64,000 nt of DNA from a virus (lineage: Duplodnaviria > Caudoviricetes): the IMG/VR virus record IMGVR_UViG_3300020047_006434, positions 1 through 64,000 of that record. One strand, 5' to 3'. The stretch's first letter is position 1. Every line of letters begins with the position of its first letter. The notes under the pieces are model-generated. The model saw nothing but the letters and a program-made list of their open reading frames with translations. It did not search any database and was not told the DNA's origin. A program made the translations under genes and the position numbers. Shown piece by piece: positions 1 through 9,044 of the stretch.

Positions 1-534
1 TGGGGCGCCGAACAGCCTGACGACCACCACAAAGACGGGCTGCGCATTGTGACCAACAAAGACGTTGTTTCCCTGGTCGATAGCATCCGACCGAAAGTCG
101 ATGACGCTGGCCTATTTATGGAGCGCAAGATTACATTGAACGTTCCCGGTGTGCCCGTGCCGATTATCGGCTACATTGACATCATGACAGCCGACGGCGT
201 GCCGGGAGATTTCAAAACCGCGTCGATGGCATGGACTGACCAAAAGGCCAAAGAAGAGTTACAGCCCGTGTTTTATCTTGCAGCGCTGAATCAACTGGGG
301 ATCACCGTTCCCCGGCTGGCGTTTCGCCACTACGTGATCACCAAAGCCAAAACACCCAAAGTGCAAGTCATCGAGCACCATCATACCTGGAATGAAATCT
401 TTTGGCTATTTGAGTTGATTAAATCCGTGTGGCGCGGGATTGAACAGGAAGTCTACCCGCTGAATCCCGGCGCCTGGTTGTGTTCGCCCAAGTATTGTAG
501 TTTCTGGGGAAACTGTCGAGGAAGGGGGATGTAA
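1..534 (+). CDS. PD-(D/E)XK nuclease, Cas4/RecB/AddB-like (5'-truncated)
   Basis: Frame is open from base 1. GYIDIMTADGVPGDFKT carries the nuclease D..D-x-K motif; C-terminal CSPKYCSFWGNC Cys cluster. Confidence 0.85.
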   Translation, partial: WGAEQPDDHHKDGLRIVTNKDVVSLVDSIRPKVDDAGLFMERKITLNVPGVPVPIIGYIDIMTADGVPGDFKTASMAWTDQKAKEELQPVFYLAALNQLGITVPRLAFRHYVITKAKTPKVQVIEHHHTWNEIFWLFELIKSVWRGIEQEVYPLNPGAWLCSPKYCSFWGNCRGRGM

Positions 535-536
535 TC

Positions 537-1133
537 ATGGAAATGAAATTGATCGAAGCGCGCTACGTGGGGCGCTGCAAAGTCCGCCCAGACAGCACAG
601 AAACCGCGTTCGCCTATGTCAACGGCACTTGGTCTGTGGCTATCACCAAACAAGCGCTGTGTCAGTGGTTTGGCGTCTCTATGCGCCCAGGCGAGGAACC
701 AACGCTCTATGGCACGCTGGCAATTGCGCAGACCGCCACAACCGAAGAGATTAAAAAAGCTTACAAGCGTATGGCGATGCAATGGCACCCCGACCGCTGC
801 CGGGAGCCAGACGCTCGCAAACAGTTTGACGCAATCAAACACGCCTATGACATTCTGTCCACAAAGCGCGCCAAGTATGACGCAGGTCTAGCGCTGCAAG
901 CATCCCTAAAGAACAATGTCGAACTGTTTAACGGTGCAAGCGCTGATGATAAGTTTGGCTATCGGTCGCCGCTGCGCTGTGGCCTGATTTTGGGCAAAGG
1001 CGAAAGCCGAAAAGGTAAGTTTGTCATTGCCGAGATTCTTGGCTGGCAGGATATTGTCAACGAGTACGGGCAAACGTTGGTGGCGTCATGGATTTATGGT
1101 GAGGATGCGCCAAGAGAGGAATGGGTGATTTAA
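537..1133 (+). CDS. J-domain (DnaJ-like) protein
   Basis: EEIKKAYKRMAMQWHPDR...QFDAIKHAYDILS is a J-domain with the HPD motif. Confidence 0.85.
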   Translation: MEMKLIEARYVGRCKVRPDSTETAFAYVNGTWSVAITKQALCQWFGVSMRPGEEPTLYGTLAIAQTATTEEIKKAYKRMAMQWHPDRCREPDARKQFDAIKHAYDILSTKRAKYDAGLALQASLKNNVELFNGASADDKFGYRSPLRCGLILGKGESRKGKFVIAEILGWQDIVNEYGQTLVASWIYGEDAPREEWVI

Positions 1134-1414
1134 TGGATGAAATGAAAAAATATATTGTTGCAGCCATGATTGTCGATGGCATCAAGTCAGCACATCGAAT
1201 TGATATTAGCAATGATTTGCAAGCGTTGGCCAGAGTTATTGAAGAATCTGAAAAGGCGTTGATTCGTCACAGATTGGATAGAAATTCTATTCTGCATATC
1301 AATCTGCCGTTTATTTCATCTTATGAAGGTCGTTCCATTCACTTTGAAACTACAATCAATTTGATGAGCGTGGAAAAATCAATGATTCGTTGGGTAGAAC
1401 GGGGTGTTTTATGA
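1133..1414 (+). CDS. hypothetical protein (AT-rich)
   Basis: ATG overlaps the upstream stop; sequence is visibly AT-richer than its flanks. Confidence 0.6.
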   Translation: MDEMKKYIVAAMIVDGIKSAHRIDISNDLQALARVIEESEKALIRHRLDRNSILHINLPFISSYEGRSIHFETTINLMSVEKSMIRWVERGVL

Positions 1415-1884
1415 GATATGCTGACTTGCCTTTGCATCAAAACGACAAGGGGATTTGGTATTTTGAAGATTGGGAATTAGCGAAAACCCATGATCGTAAA
1501 GGCCCGGTTCGTCTCAAGTTAAATGATTTTGTAAACAAACATGAGTTGCGAGAATCACATAGCAATAAACATCCGTCATGGGTGGCAGTCTTACCCTTGG
1601 TCATTCAACGATCAATGAGATTGAAGTATACGAATGAATTTAGGCCAAAGGGTAACTTTGCTGACTTTCCACACGATCATCATTGGCTTTTCGTGAAAAA
1701 CCGAAAGTATGTGTATGTCACACAGCCTTACGATGTCAGTCTTGGAAAGTATCAAGCAATTGAAAATACTTTTCGCCCACTCGGTTTGTTTGTCGATATA
1801 TCTTACAAAGATGCTTGGTGGTGGCCCGGTGCTACACCATTGATTGTTATTTCTCAGTTTCCTATCAGCTTAACAAAGGAATGA
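1411..1884 (+). CDS. hypothetical protein (AT-rich)
   Basis: ATGA overlap with the previous gene; 157-aa ORF. Confidence 0.65.
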   Translation: MRYADLPLHQNDKGIWYFEDWELAKTHDRKGPVRLKLNDFVNKHELRESHSNKHPSWVAVLPLVIQRSMRLKYTNEFRPKGNFADFPHDHHWLFVKNRKYVYVTQPYDVSLGKYQAIENTFRPLGLFVDISYKDAWWWPGATPLIVISQFPISLTKE

Positions 1885-1885
1885 T

Positions 1886-2467
1886 ATGAGATACCAACTA
1901 CAGAAATCACAAACACAAGTGGTCAAAGGTTCCTTGTCTGATATTGCCAAACAGACCGGCACCAGCCTTGCAGAAACCTTCTTAAGCGCTGATGTCATTG
2001 TGTTGGTTGACACTTCGTCCAGTATGCAGGCTATGGACGCCCCAGGCGGCCAAACTCGCTACGACGCCGCCTGTACTGAACTCGCCAACCTGCAAGCCAC
2101 GATCCCCGGCAAGGTGGCGGTGATTAGTTTCAGCGGCAATAGTCAAACCATGTTTTGCCCCAACGGTCAACCATTCAATCTTGAAGGTGGCACCGACCTC
2201 GCCGGGGCGCTCACTTTCGCCAAGGTTGCCGATGTTCCCGACATGCGCTTTGTCGTCATCAGCGACGGTCAGCCTGACAGCGAACGCGAAGCGCTTAAGG
2301 TAGCTGCCACTTACCTAAATCGCATTGACACAATCTTTGTTGGGCCAGAGGGTGCCCCCGGACGTACTTTTCTTGCCAAACTTGCCAGCGCTAAAAACGG
2401 TCAGGCTGTGACCGCGGATCGGGTTGCGCAGTTGGCGAGCAAAGTACAGTATCTACTTGCCGCATAG
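1886..2467 (+). CDS. von Willebrand factor A (vWA) domain protein
   Basis: MIDAS DTSSS, then GGT and ISDG motifs. Confidence 0.9.
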   Translation: MRYQLQKSQTQVVKGSLSDIAKQTGTSLAETFLSADVIVLVDTSSSMQAMDAPGGQTRYDAACTELANLQATIPGKVAVISFSGNSQTMFCPNGQPFNLEGGTDLAGALTFAKVADVPDMRFVVISDGQPDSEREALKVAATYLNRIDTIFVGPEGAPGRTFLAKLASAKNGQAVTADRVAQLASKVQYLLAA

Positions 2468-2542
2468 TTTCAATAGTCACCGGCCCCACTCCCTACACTA
2501 TTCCCCGCCGGTGACACTCTATTTTTCTGGGGATAAAAAGAA

Positions 2543-5500
2543 ATGGTTGACAATCGCTTTTATCAATTAGCTGCTCATCTTTGGAAAGGTGGGCAGTGCT
2601 CGTATTATTGGATTCCCGATGGCGACAGCGGGAAATTGACGTTCTGGTTTCCGTCGCAATCGCCCCGCGAGGTCAGCGACCTATGGACAGCAGTCAATGT
2701 TTATTTTGGCATTCATCCCAGCGCCGCGTCGAAGACAATGCAGCAGCGAGCACTTATTGAAGACATCGCAGCAGTGAATTGTCTATTCGCTGAATTTGAT
2801 TTAGCACCGGGGCAACAGCCTGGTCACCTACTTGATTCTATTCTAACCCTGGATATTGTACCGTCTGTGATTGTCTTCAGCGGCGGTGGCTATCATTGTG
2901 TTCCACTTGATACTGAGATATTAACTTCTAATGGCTGGAGAAAGTGGAACGAAGTTAATGCAGGTGACAATGTTGTTGGATACAATACCAACACTGAATC
3001 ACTTGAGTTAACCACTATGACGGGCAAAATATTGAAGAGCGACGATGAATTGGTGCATGTTCACAATGGAAACTTTTCGGCCATTTGCACCCCGGATCAT
3101 AGATGGGTTACGCATGTAAAAACGGGAAGACAAGGTACGAAGCTTGTCAAGAATCAATTGACAAAAGCTAGAGACATATCAAATCGTCGGCATAAGATTG
3201 TTGTCAGCGCTCCATTTGTCGAACAAAAAGACTGTTTGAATATCACCGAGATGGAATCTGAAGTTCTTGGATGGATCATCAGCGACGGGCGCATCTTGAG
3301 TTGCGACAGATTGGAGATAACTCAGAGTGAAAAGAAGTATGCCGACATTATTCGATCTTTACTGAATGGCATTCCACACAGTGAAGGATATTACCATAAA
3401 GATAAGCCAGATTTTGTTACCTGGCGGATCGGCAATGGTTGGGCTAGAGATTTATTAACGCGCTCTGGTTTAACATACGATTCTTTGAATAGTGAATCAT
3501 GGAGTCAGTTTGTCATTAAGCTTTCACCTAGTTGTCGAAAAAGCTTTTTGAAAACTGCATTTTATGGCGACGGCACAATGAACAGGGGAACGCAATGCAT
3601 GGTGCAAAAGATGGGAGATAGAGCAGACGCTCTTAATCTAGCCATTTTTCTTGATGGTAATGCGCCACGTATTTCAGGCAAAACCGCAAGTAGACCAGAT
3701 AGTGATGTCAGAGTAACCAGATCCGGGCATGATTTTGCCACATGGAATATGAAAGTAGAACCGGCAGGACGAGGGGCTGTGTGGTGCCCAAAAACCGAGT
3801 TAGGCACATGGGTCATGCGACAAGGTGACACAATTACTATCACTGGTAATTGCTATTGGTTACTCGATCAGACCTACCACATTGACAGCCCAGAGGCCCG
3901 ACAGCGGATTATAGATATTCAATACGCATGGGACGAGTACGTTACCGGTGACAACCACGTCAAGGATCTGGCGCGTGTACTGCGCATTCCCGGCACTTAC
4001 AACCGCAAGCCAGAGTTTGCGCCCAACTATCCCCAGGCGCAGATCATCAAATTCGACATGGCCGCTCAGTATGAACTTGCCGATCTTGCGCAGGAAGTTG
4101 AAACCATTGTGGCGGCAACATCTGCCAAACGTACCGCTGTTGCGTCTGTGGATGTGGTGCCCGTCGAAATGGATGACAACACGATCCTTGATAAGATGCG
4201 GGAAAAAGATACCATTGCGGCGGCGCTATGGGATGGTGATATGTCGGCCTACAATGACGACCACAGTAACGCAGACCTAGCGCTATGCAGTAAGCTGGCG
4301 TTCTGGTTTGGTCGTGACCCGCTACGCATTGATCGGGTGTTTCGTGGTAGTGCTCTGTTTCGCCCGAAATGGCTGCGTGACGATTACCGCAATCGCACCA
4401 TTGACAAGGCCATTGCAAGCTGTACCAATACCTATAGTGGTGGCACAAGTGACCCGACCAAGCTCCCCGGCGATCCGCTGGGCGTACTGGGCAATGTAAT
4501 TACTTTCAATGGTAACGGCCACACGAACGGCAATCACGCGCCCACAAATGGCACAGTGCCGCCACAGATGCCCCCGCCGCCGGTAGTGCCACCAACACAG
4601 CCACAAACGCAAGGCCCGCAGTTGTCAGGCGCCACAATCAACGCTACCGACACAGGCAATGCGCGCCGGCTGGTTAAATTGTACGGCAATGACATTCGAT
4701 ATATTACCGAATGGGGCAAGTGGTTTATCTGGAACGGCCGCTACTGGGCAGAGGACAAGACACGACGGATCGAGTTCCTAGCCAAACAAGTTGTTACCGG
4801 CATGTATATCGAGGCAAGCATAGAACCAGATCCAGACAAGCGCCGATCCCTAGTTAAATGGGCCATGACTAGTGAAGGCCAAGCGCGCATAGAGGCAATG
4901 GTGCGAAGCGCTCAATCGGAGCCGGGAATCACCATCACACACGCCCAGCTTGACCGGGGCGCCTGGTTTCTCAACTGCAAAAATGGGATTGTGGATCTGC
5001 GCACGGGCAAGCTACACCCACACGAGAAAGACGCACTGCTGACCAAGTATGTGGACGTTGAATACCGCACTGACGTTGATTGTCCGATCTGGAAAGCCTT
5101 CCTGAATAAGATCATGGCGAATGACGCCGACATTATCCATTTCATTCAGCGCGCCGTCGGCTACACCTTGACGGGGAATGTATCGGAAAAATGTCTATTT
5201 TTTATGTATGGGCCAAAAGGTAACAACGGTAAATCAACGTTTGTGGAAGTGCTGCTCGCGCTGCTTGGTGAGTACTCCATCAAGTCGCCAATCGAAATGC
5301 TGATGGCACGCTACGGTAACCCCGGCATTCCGAATGATATTGCACAATTGCCGGGGCGCCGCTTCGTGGTCACCTCCGAAACCGAGCAAGGGCGCAAGCT
5401 CAATGAAACAATGGTTAAAGACCTAACCGGCATGGATACGATTACCGCTCGCTTTATGCGTCAAGAGTATTTCAGTTTTCAGCCTACACACAAGCTCTGG

Positions 5501-6007
5501 ATTTACGGCAATCATAAGCCAGTGATCAAAGGCCGTGACGAAGCGATTTGGAACCGCATCCGGTTGATTCCATTTATGGTTCAGGTACCCAAAGCCGAAC
5601 AAGATAAAGACCTGATCAATAAATTGATCGCAGAGCTACCGGGGATCTTTGCATGGGCCGTCGAGGGCTGCATGGAATGGAACCGTATCGGCTTATCTGA
5701 GCCGGCAAGCGTTGCGCAGGCGACCACAGCTTACAAGACCGAAATGGACAGTCTCGCGCTTTGGATTGAATCAAACTGCACTGTGGACATTCGCAAAATT
5801 GACCTCTTCAAAAACCTCTATCAAGACTATCTACAATGGAGTGCAGACCACGGCGAAAACACAATCAGCGGTCGGGAGTTTGGTCAGGCACTTGACGGGC
5901 TTGGCTATGTGGCCGCCAAGGGCGCCGGGAACAAAGCCATCCGCAAAGGTATCGTAACCAATACGCAAGACGCCATCAATTCCGCAAATAGCTTAGTAAA
6001 TCCGTAA
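2543..6007 (+). CDS. primase-helicase (RepB-like primase domain + P4/D5-type SF3 helicase), intein-containing
   Basis: FAEFD and SGGGYH-/-CYW primase motifs, KDLARVLRIPGTYN, D5_N-like TDTGNARRL, Walker A GPKGNNGKST, SF3 KDLTGMDTITAR. Confidence 0.92.
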   Translation: MVDNRFYQLAAHLWKGGQCSYYWIPDGDSGKLTFWFPSQSPREVSDLWTAVNVYFGIHPSAASKTMQQRALIEDIAAVNCLFAEFDLAPGQQPGHLLDSILTLDIVPSVIVFSGGGYHCVPLDTEILTSNGWRKWNEVNAGDNVVGYNTNTESLELTTMTGKILKSDDELVHVHNGNFSAICTPDHRWVTHVKTGRQGTKLVKNQLTKARDISNRRHKIVVSAPFVEQKDCLNITEMESEVLGWIISDGRILSCDRLEITQSEKKYADIIRSLLNGIPHSEGYYHKDKPDFVTWRIGNGWARDLLTRSGLTYDSLNSESWSQFVIKLSPSCRKSFLKTAFYGDGTMNRGTQCMVQKMGDRADALNLAIFLDGNAPRISGKTASRPDSDVRVTRSGHDFATWNMKVEPAGRGAVWCPKTELGTWVMRQGDTITITGNCYWLLDQTYHIDSPEARQRIIDIQYAWDEYVTGDNHVKDLARVLRIPGTYNRKPEFAPNYPQAQIIKFDMAAQYELADLAQEVETIVAATSAKRTAVASVDVVPVEMDDNTILDKMREKDTIAAALWDGDMSAYNDDHSNADLALCSKLAFWFGRDPLRIDRVFRGSALFRPKWLRDDYRNRTIDKAIASCTNTYSGGTSDPTKLPGDPLGVLGNVITFNGNGHTNGNHAPTNGTVPPQMPPPPVVPPTQPQTQGPQLSGATINATDTGNARRLVKLYGNDIRYITEWGKWFIWNGRYWAEDKTRRIEFLAKQVVTGMYIEASIEPDPDKRRSLVKWAMTSEGQARIEAMVRSAQSEPGITITHAQLDRGAWFLNCKNGIVDLRTGKLHPHEKDALLTKYVDVEYRTDVDCPIWKAFLNKIMANDADIIHFIQRAVGYTLTGNVSEKCLFFMYGPKGNNGKSTFVEVLLALLGEYSIKSPIEMLMARYGNPGIPNDIAQLPGRRFVVTSETEQGRKLNETMVKDLTGMDTITARFMRQEYFSFQPTHKLWIYGNHKPVIKGRDEAIWNRIRLIPFMVQVPKAEQDKDLINKLIAELPGIFAWAVEGCMEWNRIGLSEPASVAQATTAYKTEMDSLALWIESNCTVDIRKIDLFKNLYQDYLQWSADHGENTISGREFGQALDGLGYVAAKGAGNKAIRKGIVTNTQDAINSANSLVNP
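2897..3850 (+). mobile_element. intein with LAGLIDADG-type homing endonuclease (318 aa)
   Basis: Starts CVPLDTEILT, ends ITITGN with Cys at +1. LGWIISDG and FLKTAFYGDG blocks present. Removing it restores SGGGYHCYW. AT-richer than the host gene. Confidence 0.9.
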
Positions 6008-6080
6008 GTGTGAAAGCATAAAAACTTTCCACTTGCGGTTTTTTGCGTTCAAATTGATTTCTAAAATAGAAATTTCATAG

Positions 6081-6109
6081 TTGACAACGTTGCTAAAATA
6101 GGGTAAAAT
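6081..6109 (+). promoter_or_regulatory. sigma70-type promoter for the tRNA cluster
   Basis: TTGACA-17 nt-TAAAAT. Confidence 0.8.
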
Positions 6110-6235
6110 TTCTATAACAGCAACGATACATCGCACTCACGCACATTTCCAACCCTATAGCACGCCGGGAGCAGTAATCAAGTGTCAGGCCGAGGTCGGC
6201 TTGGTGAATCGCCCGAACGAGCGTGCAGCATTTTT

Positions 6236-6307
6236 GGGCCGATAGTTTAGCCGGGAGAACGGCGCTTTTGCACGGCGATGACACGGGTTCGACTCCCGTT
6301 CGGTCCA
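6236..6307 (+). tRNA. tRNA-Ala(UGC)
   Basis: Acceptor GGGCCGA/TCGGTCC with G3:U70, discriminator A, anticodon loop TT-TGC-AC, T arm ACGGG-TTCGACT-CCCGT. No encoded CCA. Confidence 0.85.
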
Positions 6308-6312
6308 CTTTT

Positions 6313-6455
6313 GAGGCGTCACTGTGGTGGGACACAGGCGGGCATTGACTCGGCTGATCACCGATAGCCCTGACAAGCGGTTCGACTCCGCAACGAGCGC
6401 ACGGCTAGCGCCACCTAGGGAACTAGGTCGTCCGGTTCGATTCCGGCGCGCCTCA
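6313..6455 (+). ncRNA. 143-nt tRNA-like RNA with expanded core (two T-loops)
   Basis: Acceptor GAGGCGT/GCGCCTC+A; D-like CTGTG-GTGGGA-CACAG; internal GCGG-TTCGACT-CCGC; GCGC-ACGGCTA-GCGC; ACCTAG-GGAA-CTAGGT; terminal CCGG-TTCGATT-CCGG. Confidence 0.7.
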
Positions 6456-6489
6456 CTGGCAACGAAGTTTTAGAAGAGAGGACAACAGT

Positions 6490-6687
6490 ATGGACAAGCA
6501 AAAAGTATGGCCATGCAAGCATTGTGGCCGAGTGTTTGACAGCGCGGGCGAGTGGTGGAGTCATAACTGTGATGATGAGGACACCCAGCCGGTGACGGTT
6601 ACACCAGCGCAACGTGACATGGTTGCCATTCCTAGCAATGCGCCACGCTGCCAGGTAGAAGAAAGCGGAGATATGTTATGGGCATAA
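6490..6687 (+). CDS. small zinc-finger-like protein
   Basis: CKHC...WWSHNC, with GAGG-type RBS. Confidence 0.6.
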   Translation: MDKQKVWPCKHCGRVFDSAGEWWSHNCDDEDTQPVTVTPAQRDMVAIPSNAPRCQVEESGDMLWA

Positions 6688-6971
6688 ATATCGAAATCCC
6701 CGACGGCGAATTGTTCCGTGGCCAGGCTGCCACGCTGTTGGTTGAGATGGCCCGCCGCTACATTCAGCCACGCCGGCGCATCATCGCCATTGGCCGCTGC
6801 CAGAACGGTGGCGCTTTCAAGGTGACGACACATCAAGCGCCGCCGGCAGATTTTGAGGCAGCCATTGCAGAGGTGTTGACGCCGGATCGGGTGCCGACGG
6901 TGCGCAACATGGCGGATTGTGAAGATGAGCACATTGGCGCAGAACTTTGTGAAGCGCCGTACAACTGGTAA
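6678..6971 (+). CDS. hypothetical protein
   Basis: Overlapping ORF in the operon, preceded by GGAG. Confidence 0.6.
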   Translation: MGINIEIPDGELFRGQAATLLVEMARRYIQPRRRIIAIGRCQNGGAFKVTTHQAPPADFEAAIAEVLTPDRVPTVRNMADCEDEHIGAELCEAPYNW

Positions 6972-7012
6972 TTGCACAGGGCACCCCCGGCCTGACGAAA
7001 GGAGATAGACGC

Positions 7013-7348
7013 GTGCAACAAGAAATCAGCCAGATCCTAGCGCTTGCCGCAAAGCTGCGCACAGGATTGAACGATAGCCAGGCGCCCGAAAAGTTGCTTG
7101 CGGAGAAGTACGAACTGATTGCCGAGATTGAAGCGGGGAACAGTATTGCCGCACTAACGGAGGGTGCCGACATTGCGTATTTCGCTGTCAAGAGCATGGA
7201 ATGGGCGGCTACACAATGCGGGATTGACATTGACACATTGCTACGCTTGGCGATTGCAAAGTATAGCCGTCGTGCCGGCCCTGGCAATCCGAAGGACAAG
7301 GAAGCGGAAGCAGCGGCGTGTGTGCGAGTATTGGAGGAGACACCATGA
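7013..7348 (+). CDS. MazG/HisE-like all-alpha NTP pyrophosphatase-like protein
   Basis: EKLLAEKYELIAE...EGADIAYF resembles the E-x-x-E...E-x-A-D-h-h-Y signature; GAAAGGAG RBS. Confidence 0.55.
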   Translation: MQQEISQILALAAKLRTGLNDSQAPEKLLAEKYELIAEIEAGNSIAALTEGADIAYFAVKSMEWAATQCGIDIDTLLRLAIAKYSRRAGPGNPKDKEAEAAACVRVLEETP

Positions 7349-7438
7349 CCACCGCCGTCAGCCCGCAGCCGCAACGCTGGCAAGGCTATTGGCTGTGGCT
7401 GAACACACTGTACACGACCAGCGAATTATGCCACCGCT

Positions 7439-7687
7439 TTGACTGGCAGTGGTACGAGGGGCACCGAGAAGCTTAGCGCATGGCGACAGGCTAAAGGCGA
7501 GCAGGATTGGCCACAGTATTACGTTGTGCCGACGAAATGCCAATCTACCAACCACGACCACAGCACATGTTACGGCGACCTCTGGCAATGCAGCGAGTGC
7601 TTACACTGGTATTGCTGCAACGAGGGGACCGACGGTGAAGACGCCGATTTGTGTGACGACTGTTGGGCGGAGAAACACAGCGAATAG
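7439..7687 (+). CDS. Cys-rich hypothetical protein (start uncertain)
   Basis: CSEC...CCNEG...CDDC pattern. Confidence 0.4.
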   Translation: MTGSGTRGTEKLSAWRQAKGEQDWPQYYVVPTKCQSTNHDHSTCYGDLWQCSECLHWYCCNEGTDGEDADLCDDCWAEKHSE

Positions 7688-7796
7688 AACAAGCTTGCTA
7701 CCCTGCCCGCGTCAACCGGCACACAACCGGGTGCGGAGTTGGGGAGCACCGCAATGGGCGGCATGGTGGCAAGCTCCATAGAAAGCGAGAGAGACA

Positions 7797-7931
7797 ATGA
7801 CAGCAACAATCTATTACATTCGCTACGGCGAACAGAAAAGCTACACATGCCCACGTGCGCAAGTGGATGCTGAGATGATCGCCATGTTGCAGACACCAGG
7901 CGTGACGGATGCCTGGTACACACTGAACTGA
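7797..7931 (+). CDS. small hypothetical protein (44 aa, not in ORF track)
   Basis: MTATIYYIRYGEQKSY...WYTLN* after a purine-rich RBS. Confidence 0.45.
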   Translation: MTATIYYIRYGEQKSYTCPRAQVDAEMIAMLQTPGVTDAWYTLN

Positions 7932-8157
7932 CAACACCAGCCACACACCGCCGCACGATTCGCATACCGACCACCACGGCATAGGGCAATGGTACGTAAA
8001 AACCTTCATAGATGTGTCGTGGTCAAACTGCAACGTGGACGGTAGCGGGCCTGCCCCGGCCCTCCTTTATCGTGTAGAGCCTGACCAGTGTGTAGCAGGG
8101 GACGACAACGGGACAACATCGCAGGGACTGACAGGCCGGCAGTGTGTGGATACAAAT

Positions 8158-8231
8158 TGGCGGGTAGCTCAACAGGTAGAGTGATGCACCGAATAGGGCA
8201 TTGGTTGCCGGTTCAACTCCGGCCCCGCCAC
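8158..8231 (+). tRNA. tRNA-like gene with non-canonical anticodon arm (pseudo or undetermined)
   Basis: Acceptor TGGCGGG/CCCGCCA, D arm GCTC-AACAGGTA-GAGT, T arm GCCGG-TTCAACT-CCGGC. Anticodon arm ATGC-ACCGAATAGG-GCAT is irregular (nominal GAA, no U33). Confidence 0.65.
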
Positions 8232-8234
8232 ATA

Positions 8235-8436
8235 GCCATGCGGAATCAATCAATCGCTGACTACGATCTCTGTGGCGAATTGATAAATAATCAATCCGCA
8301 TGGCACGGCAACAACCAACCGAGCATAACGACGAAAGGAGATGTGGAGAGCGGATAACGCAGGTAGTTGATACGAGTGAGAGAAGCGATTTTGCAACCGG
8401 TGGCGGCTAGGGTGGGCCGATGCCGCCACCAAATCG
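8235..8436 (+). other. two long hairpins in the leader of the RAMP gene
   Basis: GCCATGCGGA/TCCGCATGGC (8235-8304) and CGATTT..GGTGGCGGC/GCCGCCACC-AAATCG (8386-8436). Confidence 0.6.
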
Positions 8437-8453
8437 AAAGAGAGAATTGAGTT

Positions 8454-9044
8454 ATGGCAAAGACAACTAGCGAAGTGATCCAGTTACCAGAATTAAAGCA
8501 ACGCCGGGTGATTATTCGTGTTCGTGGCACATCGTCACTGATTACACATCCGTTCGGCAAAAAGGCACTCAAGATGATTGAGGACAAGCAGCAAGGTAAG
8601 GCAAAGTCATCTAAACACGAAGTGCGTAACCCGGAGCAGGAATACGAGGATTCGCTATACATTCGTGAAGATGGAACATTCGGTTTTCCTGCCATCGGAT
8701 TTAAGGCAGCGGTCGTAACAGCCGCCAACGATGCCGGGATTCAGAAAGTGTTGGCCCGCCGTGCGTTCCATGTGGTTGGCGGGGAGTTGGTCAAGATAGA
8801 AGGCGAGCCAACCATGCGCACGGATCGTGTCACCATCGGCATGGGGACAACTGATATTCGCTATCGTGCTGAGTTCAAAGAGTGGGCCGCCGATGTGCCT
8901 ATTGTGTTTAATGAAGGAGTGATTTCCTTGGAGCAGTTGGTTAATCTTTTCAGCATTGCGGGCTTTGGTGTAGGCGTGGGCGAATGGCGGCCAGAGCGCG
9001 ACGGCATTCACGGCACATGGGATGTAGCGGGGGTTGTCGGCTGA
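8454..9044 (+). CDS. stand-alone RAMP/Cas7-like RNA-binding protein (Vipr-like)
   Basis: N-terminal beta strand IIRVRGTSSLITH, FGFPAIGFKAA helix motif, and C-terminal Gly-rich loop AGFGVGVGEWRPERDGIHGTWDV. This is the RAMP (Cas7/Csm3) layout, and the gene lies next to a GGYNN array. Confidence 0.75.
   Translation: MAKTTSEVIQLPELKQRRVIIRVRGTSSLITHPFGKKALKMIEDKQQGKAKSSKHEVRNPEQEYEDSLYIREDGTFGFPAIGFKAAVVTAANDAGIQKVLARRAFHVVGGELVKIEGEPTMRTDRVTIGMGTTDIRYRAEFKEWAADVPIVFNEGVISLEQLVNLFSIAGFGVGVGEWRPERDGIHGTWDVAGVVG

Noticed and set aside
842-875. HAYDILSTKR in the J-domain gene as a self-target of guide 1
   Set aside because: Only four consecutive pairs match (GC TA GA AT), then the register breaks.
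6160-6227. Additional tRNA upstream of tRNA-Ala (GCACGC/GCGTGC stem)
   Set aside because: No T-loop or anticodon arm could be folded. It may be a degenerate element, but there is no support for that.
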